NCBI RefSeq assembly: GCF_036321535.1
Contig: NC_087436.1
Location: 3,844,001-3,908,000, forward strand
DNA: 64,000 nt
Source: Camelus dromedarius
Lineage: Eukaryota
Reading direction: 5' to 3'
Under the pieces are notes generated by a model. That model worked only from the letters and a program-made list of their open reading frames with translations. It did not search any database and was not told the origin of the DNA. Of the stretch, positions 37,185 to 49,800 are shown one piece after another; the first letter of the stretch is position 1, and the number at the start of each line of letters is the position of its first letter. The translations under genes and the position numbers were made by a program.

Positions 37185-40100
37185 AGCTAGGTGAAGTACG
37201 GCTTTCACACACACTTATCTCTCAGAACTGAGCATGTGGAGAGACGTTCGTTCAACTAGCACAAAGGGAACGGGTTGCAGGAGAAACTTTTTCTCTGGTT
37301 TATCAGTCTGTTTCCTAGGCCCGGTTTGAAGTTACTGCAGTTTTCACTGTAAACCGAGTTGGAGATATTTCCTCCCCATATATATGTATGGAGTGGTGTT
37401 AGCAACTGAAAAGAAACTTTGTGTTCCCAACAAGCTAGTTGAAGGACGGCTTTCACACACAAATATCTCTCAGAACTGAGCATGAGGAGAGATGTTCGTT
37501 CATCTAGCACAAAGGGAACGGGTTGCAGGAGAAAATTTTACTCTGGTTTCTCAGTCTGTTTCCTAGGCTCAGTTTGAAGTTCCTGCAGTTTTCAATGTAA
37601 ACCGAGTTGGAGATAGTTCCTCCCCATATATATGTATGGAGTGGAGTTTGCAATTGTAAAGAAACTTTGTGTTCCCAACAAGCTACATTAAGTACGGCTT
37701 TCACACACACTTATATCTCAGAACTGAGCATGTGGAGAGACGTTCGTTCATCTAGCACAAATGGAACGTGTTGCAGGAGAAACTATTACTATGGTTTCTC
37801 ACTCTGTTTCCTAGTGCCGTTTTGAAGTTCCTGCAGTTTTCACTATAAAACCGAGTTGGAGCTAGTACCTCGCCATATATATGTATGGAGTGGATTTTGC
37901 CACTGAAAAGAAACTTTGTGTTCCCAACAATCTAGGTGAAGGACGGCTTTCACACACACTTATCTCTCAGAACTGAGCATGTGGAGAGACGTTCGTTCAT
38001 CTAGCACAAAGGGAACGGTTTGCAGGAGAAACTATTACTCTGGTTTCTCAGTCTCTTTCCTAGTTGCGGTTTGAAGTTCCTGCAGTTTTCACTGTAAAAC
38101 CGAGTTGGAGCTAGTACCTCCCCATATATATGTATGGAGTGGATTTTGCAACTGAAAAGAAACTTTGTGTTCCCAACAATCTATGTGAAGTATGGCTTTC
38201 ACACACACTTATCTCTCAGAACTAAGCATGTGGAGAGACGTTCGTTCATCTAGCACAAAGGGAACGGGTTGCAGGGGAAACTTTTACTCTGGTTTCTCAG
38301 TCTGTTTCCTAGTGCCGGTATGAAGTTAGTGCAGTTTTAACTGTAAAACCGAGTTGGAGCTAGTACCTACCCATATATATGTATGGAGTGGATTTTGCAA
38401 GTGAAAAGAAACTTTGTGTTCCCAACAAGCTAGGTGAAGGACGGCTTTCACACACACTTATCTCTCAGAACTGAGCATGTGGAGAGACGTTCGTTCATCT
38501 AGCTCAAAGGGAACGGGTTGCAGGAGAAACTTTTACTCTGGTTTCTCAGTCTGTTTCCTAGTGCCGGTTTGAAGTTCCTGCAGTTTTCACTGTAAAACCG
38601 ATTTGGAGCTTGTACCTCCCCATATATATGTATGGAGTGGAGTTTGCAAATGAAAAGAAACTTTGTGTTCCCAACAAGTTAAGTGAAGGAAGGCTTTCAC
38701 ACACAAATATCTCTCAGAACTGAGCATGTGGAGAGACTTTCGTTCATCTAGCACAAAGGGAACGGTTTGCAGGAGAAATTTTTACTCTGGTTTCTCTGTC
38801 TGTTTCCTAGTGCCGGTGAAGTTCCTGCAGTTTTCACTGTAAAACTGAGTTGGAGATAGTACCTCCGCATATATAAGTATGGAGTGGAATTTGCAAGTGA
38901 AAAGAAACTTTGTGTTCCCAACAAGTTAGGTGAAGGACGGCTTTCACACACACTTATCTCTCAGAACTGAGCATGTGGAGAGACGTTCGTTAATCTAGAA
39001 CAAAGGGAACGGGTGCAGGAGAAATTTTACTCTGGTTTCTCAGTCTGTTTCCTGTTGCCGGTTTGATGTTCCTGCAGTTTTCACTGTAAACCGAGTTGGA
39101 GCTAGTACTTCCCCATATATATATATGGATTTGAGTTTGCAACTGAAAAGAAACTTTGTGTTCCCAACAAGCTAGATTAAGTACGGCTTTCACACACACT
39201 TATATCTCAGAACTGAGCATGTGGATAGACGTTCGTTCATCTAGCACAAAGGGAACGTGTTGCAGGAGAAACTTTTACTCAGTTTTCTCAGTCTGTTTCC
39301 TAGTGCCGGTTTGAAGTTCCTGCAGTTTTCACTGTAAAACCGAGTTGGAGCTAGTACCTCCCCATATATATGTATGGAGTGGTGTTTGCAACTGAAAAGA
39401 AACTTTGTGTTCCCAACAAGCTAGGTGAAGGACGGCTTACACACACTTATCTCTCAGAACTGAGCATGTGGAGAGACGTTCGTTCAACTAGCACAAAGGG
39501 AACGGGTTGCAGGAGAAACATTTACTCTGGTTTATCAGTCTGTTTCCTAGGAACGGTTTGAAGTTACTGCAGTTTTCACTGTAAACCGAGTTGGAGATAT
39601 TGCCTCCCCATATATATGTATGGAGTGGTGTTTGCAACTGAAAAGAAACTTTGTGTTCCCAACAAGCTAGGTGAAGAACGGCTTTCACACGCACTTATCT
39701 CTCAGAACTGAGCATGTGGAGAGACTTTCGTTCATCTAGCACAAAGGGAACGGTTTGCAGGGGAAACTTTTACTCTGGTTTCTCAGTCTGTTTCCTGTTG
39801 CCGGTTTGATGTTCCTGCAGTTTTCACTGTAAAACCGAGTTGGAGCTAGTACATCCCCATATATTTGTATGGATTTGAGTTTGCAACTGAAAAGAAACTT
39901 TGTGTTCCCAACAAGCTAGGTGAAGGACGGCTTTCACACACACTTATCTCTCAGAACTGAGCATGTGGAGAGACGTTCGTTCATCTAGCACAAAGGGAAA
40001 GTGTTGCAGGAGAAAATTTTACTCTGGTTTCTCAATTTTTTTCCTAGTGCCGGTTTGAAGTTCCTGCAGTATTCACTGTAAAACAGAGTTGGATCTAGTA

Positions 40101-43100
40101 CCTCCCCATATATATGTATGGAGTGGAGTTTGCATGTGAAAACAAACTTTGTGTTCCCAACAAGCTTGGTGAAGGGCGGCTTTCACACACACTTATCTCT
40201 TAGAAATGAGCATGTGGAGAGACGTTCCTTCATCCAGCACAAAGGGAACGGGTTGCAGGAAAAACTATTACTCTGGTTTCTCAGTCTCTTTCCTAGTGCC
40301 GGTTTGAAGTTCCTGCAGTTTTCACTGTAAAACCGAGTTGGAGCTAGTACCTCCCCATATATATGTAAGGAGTGGATTTGGCAACTGAAAAGAACTTTGT
40401 GTTCCAAACAAGCTATGTGAAGGATGGCTTTCACACACATTTATCTCTCAGAACTGAGCATGTGGAGAGACGTTCGTTCATCTAGCTCAAAGGGAACGTG
40501 TTGCAGGAGAAACTTTTACTCTGGTCTCTCAGTCTGTTTCCTAGTGCCGGTTTGTAGTTCCTGCAGTTGTCACTGTAAAACCATGTTGGAACTAGTACCT
40601 ACCCATATATATGTATGGAATGGAGTTTGCAACTGTAAAGAAACTTTGTGTTCCCAACAATCTAGGTTAAGTACGGCTTTCACACACACTTATATCTCAG
40701 AACTGAGCATGTGGAGAGACGTTCGTTCATCTAGCACAAAGGGAACGGGTTGCAGGAGAAACTTTTACTCTGGTTTCTCAGTCTGTTTCCAAGTGCCGGT
40801 TTGAAGTTCCTGCAGTTTTCACTGTAAAAACGATTTGGAGCTAGAACCTCCCCATATATATGTATGGAGTGGGGTTTGCAACTGAAAAGAAACTTTGTGT
40901 TCCCAACAAGCTAGGAGAAGGACGGCTTTCACACACACTTATCTCTCAGATCTGAGCATGTGGAGAGACGTTCATTCATCTAGCAAAAATGGAACGCGTT
41001 GCAGGAGAAACTTTTAGTCTGGTTTCTCAGACTGTTTCCTAGTGCCGCTTTGAAGTTCCTGCAGTTTTCACTGTAAAACCGAGTTGGAGCTAGTACTTCC
41101 CCATATATAAGTAAGGATTGTAGTTTGCCACTGAAAAGAAACTTTGTGTTCCCAAAAAGCTAGGTGAAGTACGGCTTTCACACACACTTATCTCTCAGAA
41201 CTGAGCATGTGGAGAGACGTTCGTTCAACTAGCACAAAGGGAACGGGTTGCAGGAGAAACATTTACTCTGGTTTATCAGTCTGTTTCCTAGGCCCGGTTT
41301 GAAGTTACTGCAGTTTTCACTGTAAACCGAGTTGGAGATATTTCCTCCCCATATATATGTATGGAGTGGTGTTAGCAACTGAAAAGAAACTTTGTGTTCC
41401 CAACAAGCTAGTTGAAGGACGGCTTTCACACACAAATATCTCTCAGAACTGAGCATGAGGAGAGACGTTCGTTCATCTAGCACAAAGGGAACGGGTTGCA
41501 GGAGAAAATTTTACTCTGGTTTCTCAGTCTGTTTCCTAGGCCCAGTTTGAAGTTCCTGCAGTTTTCAATGTAAACCGAGTTGGAGATAGTTCCTCCCCAT
41601 ATATATGTATGGAGTGGAGTTTGCAATTGTAAAGAAACTTTGTGTTCCCAACAAGCTACATTAAGTACGGCTTTCACACACACTTATATCTCAGAACTGA
41701 GCATGTGGAGAGACGTTCGTTCATCTAGCACAAATGGAACGTGTTGCAGGAGAAACTATTACTATGGTTTCTCACTCTGTTTCCTAGTGCCGTTTTGAAG
41801 TTCCTGCAGTTTTCACTATAAAACCGAGTTGGAGCTAGTACCTCGCCATATATATGTATGGAGTGGATTTTGCCACTGAAAAGAAACTTTGTGTTCCCAA
41901 CAATCTAGGTGAAGGACGGCTTTCACACACACTTATCTCTCAGAACTGAGCATGTGGAGAGACGTTCGTTCATCTAGCACAAAGGGAACGGTTTGCAGGA
42001 GAAACTATTACTCTGGTTTCTCAGTCTCTTTCCTAGTTGCGGTTTGAAGTTCCTGCAGTTTTCACTGTAAAACCGAGTTGGAGCTAGTACCTCCCCATAT
42101 ATATGTATGGAGTGGATTTTGCAACTGAAAAGAAACTTTGTGTTCCCAACAATCTATGTGAAGTATGGCTTTCACATACACTTATCTCTCAGAACTAAGC
42201 ATGTGGAGAGACGTTCGTTCATCTAGCACAAAGGGAACGGGTTGCAGGGGAAACTTTTACTCTGGTTTCTCAGTCTGTTTCCTAGTGCCGGTATGAAGTT
42301 AGTGCAGTTTTAACTGTAAAACCGAGTTGGAGCTAGTACCTACCCATATATATGTATGGAGTGGATTTTGCAAGTGAAAAGAAACTTTGTGTTCCCAACA
42401 AGCTAGGTGAAGGACGGCTTTCACACACACTTATCTCTCAGAACTGAGCATGTGGAGAGACGTTCGTTCATCTAGCTCAAAGGGAACGGGTTGCAGGAGA
42501 AACTTTTACTCTGGTTTCTCAGTCTGTTTCCTAGTGCCGGTTTGAAGTTCCTGCAGTTTTCACTGTAAAACCGATTTGGAGCTTGTACCTCCCCATATAT
42601 ATGTATGGAGTGGAGTTTGCAAATGAAAAGAAACTTTGTGTTCCCAACAAGTTAAGTGAAGGAAGGCTTTCACACACAAATATCTCTCAGAACTGAGCAT
42701 GTGGAGAGACGTTCGTTCATCTAGCACAAAGGGAACGGTTTGCAGGAGAAATTTTTACTCTGGTTTCTCTGTCTGTTTCCTAGTGCCGGTGAAGTTCCTG
42801 CAGTTTTCACTGTAAAACTGAGTTGGAGATAGTACCTCCGCATATATAAGTATGGAGTGGAATTTGCAAGTGAAAAGAAACTTTGTGTTCCCAACAAGTT
42901 AGGTGAAGGACGGCTTTCACACACACTTATCTCTCAGAACTGAGCATGTGGAGAGACGTTCGTTAATCTAGAACAAAGGGAACGGGTGCAGGAGAAATTT
43001 TACTCTGGTTTCTCAGTCTGTTTCCTGTTGCCGGTTTGATGTTCCTGCAGTTTTCACTGTAAACCGAGTTGGAGCTAGTACTTCCCCATATATATATATG

Positions 43101-44803
43101 GATTTGAGTTTGCAACTGAAAAGAAACTTTGTGTTCCCAACAAGCTAGATTAAGTACGGCTTTCACACACACTTATATCTCAGAACTGAGCATGTGGATA
43201 GACGTTCGTTCATCTAGCACAAAGGGAACGTGTTGCAGGAGAAACTTTTACTCAGTTTTCTCAGTCTGTTTCCTAGTGCCGGTTTGAAGTTCCTGCAGTT
43301 TTCACTGTAAAACCGAGTTGGAGCTAGTACCTCCCCATATATATGTATGGAGTGGTGTTTGCAACTGAAAAGAAACTTTGTGTTCCCAACAAGCTAGGTG
43401 AAGGACGGCTTACACACACTTATCTCTCAGAACTGAGCATGTGGAGAGACGTTCGTTCAACTAGCACAAAGGGAACGGGTTGCAGGAGAAACATTTACTC
43501 TGGTTTATCAGTCTGTTTCCTAGGAACGGTTTGAAGTTACTGCAGTTTTCACTGTAAACCGAGTTGGAGATATTGCCTCCCCATATATATGTATGGAGTG
43601 GTGTTTGCAACTGAAAAGAAACTTTGTGTTCCCAACAAGCTAGGTGAAGAACGGCTTTCACACGCACTTATCTCTCAGAACTGAGCATGTGGAGAGACTT
43701 TCGTTCATCTAGCACAAAGGGAACGGTTTGCAGGGGAAACTTTTACTCTGGTTTCTCAGTCTGTTTCCTGTTGCCGGTTTGATGTTCCTGCAGTTTTCAC
43801 TGTAAAACCGAGTTGGAGCTAGTACATCCCCATATATTTGTATGGATTTGAGTTTGCAACTGAAAAGAAACTTTGTGTTCCCAACAAGCTAGGTGAAGGA
43901 CGGCTTTCACACACACTTATCTCTCAGAACTGAGCATGTGGAGAGACGTTCGTTCATCTAGCACAAAGGGAAAGTGTTGCAGGAGAAAATTTTACTCTGG
44001 TTTCTCAATTTTTTTCCTAGTGCCGGTTTGAAGTTCCTGCAGTATTCACTGTAAAACAGAGTTGGATCTAGTACCTCCCCATATATATGTATGGAGTGGA
44101 GTTTGCATGTGAAAAGAAACTTTGTGTTCCCAACAAGCTTGGTGAAGGGCGGCTTTCACACACACTTATCTCTTAGAAATGAGCATGTGGAGAGACGTTC
44201 CTTCATCCAGCACAAAGGGAACGGGTTGCAGGAAAAACTATTACTCTGGTTTCTCAGTCTCTTTCCTAGTGCCGGTTTGAAGTTCCTGCAGTTTTCACTG
44301 TAAAACCGAGTTGGAGCTAGTACCTCCCCATATATATGTAAGGAGTGGATTTGGCAACTGAAAAGAACTTTGTGTTCCAAACAAGCTATGTGAAGGATGG
44401 CTTTCACACACATTTATCTCTCAGAACTGAGCATGTGGAGAGACGTTCGTTCATCTAGCTCAAAGGGAACGTGTTGCAGGAGAAACTTTTACTCTGGTCT
44501 CTCAGTCTGTTTCCTAGTGCCGGTTTGTAGTTCCTGCAGTTGTCACTGTAAAACCATGTTGGAACTAGTACCTACCCATATATATGTATGGAATGGAGTT
44601 TGCAACTGTAAAGAAACTTTGTGTTCCCAACAATCTAGGTTAAGTACGGCTTTCACACACACTTATATCTCAGAACTGAGCATGTGGAGAGACGTTCGTT
44701 CATCTAGCACAAAGGGAACGGGTTGCAGGAGAAACTTTTACTCTGGTTTCTCAGTCTGTTTCCAAGTGCCGGTTTGAAGTTCCTGCAGTTTTCACTGTAA
44801 AAC
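37185..44803. repeat. 16-monomer (3973 bp period) tandem duplication
   Basis: ORF pairs lie at a constant offset of 3973 (37256/41229, 38748/42721, 39370/43343, 40118/44091, 40424/44397). Shared private variants include 'ccggtgaag' and 'gtatgaagttagtgcagttttaa'. Confidence 0.95.
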
Positions 44804-46845
44804 CGAGTTGGAGCTAGTACCTCCGCATATATATCTATGGAGTGGAGTTTGCAACTGAAAAGAATCTATGTGTTCCCAACAAGCTAGGTGAAGCACGGCT
44901 TTCACACACACTTATCTCTCAGAACTGAGCATGTGGAGAGACTTTCGTTCATCTAGCACAAAGGGAACGGGTTGCAAGAGAAATTATTACTCTGGTTCCT
45001 CAGTCTGTTCCCTAGTGCCGGTTTGAAGTTCCTGCAGTTTTCACTGTAAAAAGGATTTGGAGCTAGAACCTCCCCATATATATGTATGGAGTGGGGTTTG
45101 CAACTGAAAAGAAACTTTGTGTTCCCAACAAGCTAGGAGAAGGACGGCTTTCACACACACTTATCTCTCAGAACTGAGCATGTGTAGAGACGTTCATTCA
45201 TCTAGCAAAAATGGAACGCGTTGCAGGAGAAACTTTTACTCTGGTTTCTCAGTCTGTTTCCTAGTGCCGGTTTGAAGTTCCTGCAGTTTTCACTGTAAAA
45301 CCGAGTTGGAGATAGTACCTCCCCATATATAAGTAAGGATTGTAGTTTGCCACTGAAAACAAACTTTGTGTTCCCAAAAAGCTAGGTGAAGTACGGATTT
45401 CACACACACGTATCTCTCAGAAATGAGCATGTGGAGAGACGTTCGTTCATCTAGCACAAAGGGAAAGGGTTGCAGGAGGAACTTTTACTCTGGTTTCTCA
45501 GTCTGTTTCCTAGTGCCGTTTTGAAGTTCCTGCAGTTTTCACTGTAAAACCGAGTTGGAGCTAGTACCTCCCCATATATATGTATGGAGTGGAGTTTGCA
45601 ACTGAAAAGAACTTTGTGTTCCAAACAAGCTATGTGAAGGATGGCTTTCACACACATTTATCTCTCAGAACTGAGCATGTGGAGAGACGTTCGTTCATCT
45701 AGCTCAAAGGGAACGTGTTGCAGGAGAAACTTTTACTCTGGTCTCTCAGTCTGTTTCCTAGTGCCGGTTTGTAGTTCCTGCAGTTGTCACTGTAAAACCA
45801 TGTTGGAACTAGTACCTACCCATATATATGTATGGAATGGAGTTTGCAACTGTAAAGAAACTTTGTGTTCCCAACAATCTAGGTTAAGTACGGCTTTCAC
45901 ACACACTTATATCTCAGAACTGAGCATGTGGAGAGACGTTCGTTCATCTAGCACAAAGGGAACGGGTTGCAGGAGAAACTTTTACTCTGGTTTCTCAGTC
46001 TGTTTCCAAGTGCCGGTTTGAAGTTCCTGCAGTTTTCACTGTAAAACCGAGTTGGAGCTAGTACCTCCGCATATATATCTATGGAGTGGAGTTTGCAACT
46101 GAAAAGAATCTATGTGTTCCCAACAAGCTAGGTGAAGCACGGCTTTCACACACACTTATCTCTCAGAACTGAGCATGTGGAGAGACTTTCGTTCATCTAG
46201 CACAAAGGGAACGGGTTGCAAGAGAAATTATTACTCTGGTTCCTCAGTCTGTTCCCTAGTGCCGGTTTGAAGTTCCTGCAGTTTTCACTGTAAAAAGGAT
46301 TTGGAGCTAGAACCTCCCCATATATATGTATGGAGTGGGGTTTGCAACTGAAAAGAAACTTTGTGTTCCCAACAAGCTAGGAGAAGGACGGCTTTCACAC
46401 ACACTTATCTCTCAGAACTGAGCATGTGTAGAGACGTTCATTCATCTAGCAAAAATGGAACGCGTTGCAGGAGAAACTTTTACTCTGGTTTCTCAGTCTG
46501 TTTCCTAGTGCCGGTTTGAAGTTCCTGCAGTTTTCACTGTAAAACCGAGTTGGAGCTAGTACCTCCCCATATATAAGTAAGGATTGTAGTTTGCCACTGA
46601 AAAGAAACTTTGTGTTCCCAAAAAGCTAGGTGAAGTACGGATTTCACACACACGTATCTCTCAGAAATGAGCATGTGGAGAGACGTTCGTTCATCTAGCA
46701 CAAAGGGAAAGGGTTGCAGGAGGAACTTTTACTCTGGTTTCTCAGTCTGTTTCCTAGTGCCGTTTTGAAGTTCCTGCAGTTTTCACTGTAAAACCGAGTT
46801 GGAGCTAGTACCTCCCCATATATATGTATGGAGTGGAGTTTGCAA
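44355..46845. repeat. 5-monomer (1244 bp) tandem duplication
   Basis: An identical 126-aa ORF occurs at 44397 and 45641. 'aaaaaggatttgg', 'ctccgcat' and 'cacacacgtatc' recur at +1244. Confidence 0.93.
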
Positions 46846-49800
46846 ATGAAAAGAAACTTTGTGTTCCAAACAAGCTAGGTGAAGGACGGCTTTCACACAC
46901 ACATATCTCTCAGAACTGAGCATGTGGAGAGACGTTCGTTCATCTAGCACAAAGGGAACGGTTTGCAGGAGAAATTTTTACTCTGGTTTCTCTGTCTGTT
47001 TCCTACTGCCGGTGAAGTTCCTGCAGTTTTCACTGTAAAACTGAGTTGGAGCTAGTACCTCCCCATATATTTGTATGGAGTGGAATTTGCAAGTGAAAAG
47101 AAACTTTGTGTTCCCAACAAGTTAGGTGAAGGACGGCATTCACACACACTTATCTCTCAGAACTGAGCATGTGGAGAGACGTTCGTTCATCTAGCACAAA
47201 GGGAACGGGTTGCAGGAGAAATTTTACTCTGGTTTCTCAGTCTGTTTCCAGTTGCCTGTTTGATGTTCCTGCAGTTTTCACTGTAAACCGAGTTGGAGCT
47301 AGTACTTCCCCATATATATATATGGATTTGAGTTTGCAACTGAAAAGAAACTTTGTGTTCCCAACAAGCTAGGTGAAGGACGGCTTTCACACACACTTAT
47401 CCCTCAAAACTGAGCATGTGGAGAGACGTTCGTTCATCTAGCACAATGGGAACGGGTTGCAGGAGAAATTTTTACTCTGGTTTCTCAGTCTGTTTCCTAG
47501 AGCCGGATTGAATTTCCTGCAGTTTTCACTGTAAAACCGAGTTGGTGCTAGTACCTTTTCATATATATCTATGGAGTGTAGTTTGCAACTGAAACGAAAA
47601 TTTGTGTTCCCAACAAGCTAGTTGAAGGACGGCTTTCACACACACTTATCTCTCAGAACTGAGCATGTGGAGAGACGTTCATTCATCTAGCACAAAGGGA
47701 ACGGGTTGCAGGAGAAACTTTTACTCTGGTTTCTCAGTCTGTTTCCTAGGCTCAGTTTGAAGTTCCTGCAGTTTTCACTGTAAACCGATTTGGAGCTAGT
47801 TCCTCCCCATATATATGTATGGATTTGAGTTTGCAACTGAAAAGAAACTTAGTGTTCCCAACAAGCTAGGTTAAGTACGGCTTTCACACACACTAATATC
47901 TCAGAACTGAGCATGTGGAGAGACTTTCGTTCATCTAGCACAAATGGAACGGGTTGCAGGAGAAACTATTACTCTGGTTTCTCAATCTTTTTCCTGGTGC
48001 CGGTTTGAAGTTCCTGCAGTTTTCACTGTAAAACAGAGTTGGATCTAGTACCTCGCCATAAATATGTATGGATTGGAGTTTGCATGTGAAAAGAAACTTT
48101 GTGTTCCCAACAAGCTTGGTGAAGTACGGCTTTCACACACACTTATCTCTCATAAATGAGCATGTGGAGAGACGTTCGTTCATCTAGCACAAAGGGAACG
48201 GGTTGCAGGAGGAACATTTACTCTGTTTTCACAGTCTGTTTCCTACTGCCGTTTTGAAGTTCCTGCAGTTTTCACTGTAAAACCGAGTTGGAGCGAGTAC
48301 CTCCCCATATATAAGTATGGAGTGGAGTTTGCAACTGAAAAGAAACTTTGTGTTCCCATCAAGCTAAGTGAAGTACGGCTTTCACACACACTTATCTCTT
48401 AGAACAGAGCATGTGGAGAGATGTTCGTTCATCTAGCACAAATGGAACGGGTTGCAGGAGAAACTGTTACTCTGGTTTCTCGGTCTCTTTCCTAGTGCCG
48501 GTTTGAAGTTCCTGCAGTTTTCACTGTAAAACCGAGTTGGAGCTAGGAACTCCCCATATATATGTATGGATTTGAGTTTGCAACTGAAAAGAAACTTAGT
48601 GTTCCCAACAAGCTAGGTTAAGTACGGCTTTCACACACACTAATATCTCAGAACTGAGCATGTGGAGAGACTTTCGTTCATCTAGCACAAATGGAACGGG
48701 TTGCAGGAGAAACTATTACTCTGGTTTCTCAATCTTTTTCCTGGTGCCGGTTTGAAGTTCCTGCAGTTTTCACTGTAAAACCGAGTTGGAGCTAGGAACT
48801 CCCCATATATATGTATGGAGTGGATTTTGCAACTGAAAAGAAACTTTGTGTTCCCAACAAGCTATGTGAAGGCTGGCTTTCACACACACTTATCTCTCAG
48901 AACTAAACATGTGGAGAGACGTTCTTTCATCTAGCACAAAGGGAACGTGTTTCAGGAGAATCTTTTACTCTGTTTTCTCAGTCTCTTTAATAGTGCCGGT
49001 TTGAAGTTCCTGCAGTTTTCACTGTAAAACAGATTTGGAGCTAGTACCTCCCCATATATATGTATGGAGTGGAGTTTGCAAATGAAAAGAAACTCTGTGT
49101 TCCCAACAAGCTAGGTGAAGGACGGCTTTCAAACACACATATCTCTCAGAATTGAGCATGTGGAGAGACGTTCGTTCATCTAACACAAAGGGAACGGTTT
49201 GAAGGAGAAATTTTTACTCTGGTTTCTCAGTCTGTTTCCTAGTGCCGGTTTGAAGTTCCTGCAGTTTTCACTGTAAAACCGAGTTGGAGCTAGTACCTCC
49301 CCATATATAAGTAAGGATTGTAGTTTGCCACTGAAAAGAAACTTTGTGTTCCCAAAAAGCTAGGTGAAGTACGGATTTCACACACACGTATCTCTCAGAA
49401 ATGAGCATGTGGAGAGACGTTCGTTCATCTAGCACAAAGGGAAAGGGTTGCAGGAGGAACTTTTACTCTGGTTTCTCAGTCTGTTTCCTAGTGCCGTTTT
49501 GAAGTTCCTGCAGTTTTCACTGTAAAACCGAGTTGGAGCTAGTACCTCCCCATATATATGTATGGAGTGGAGTTTGCAAATGAAAAGAAACTTTGTGTTC
49601 CAAACAAGCTAGGTGAAGGACGGCTTTCACACACACATATCTCTCAGAACTGAGCATGTGGAGAGACGTTCGTTCATCTAGCACAAAGGGAACGGTTTGC
49701 AGGAGAAATTTTTACTCTGGTTTCTCTGTCTGTTTCCTACTGCCGGTGAAGTTCCTGCAGTTTTCACTGTAAAACTGAGTTGGAGCTAGTACCTCCCCAT

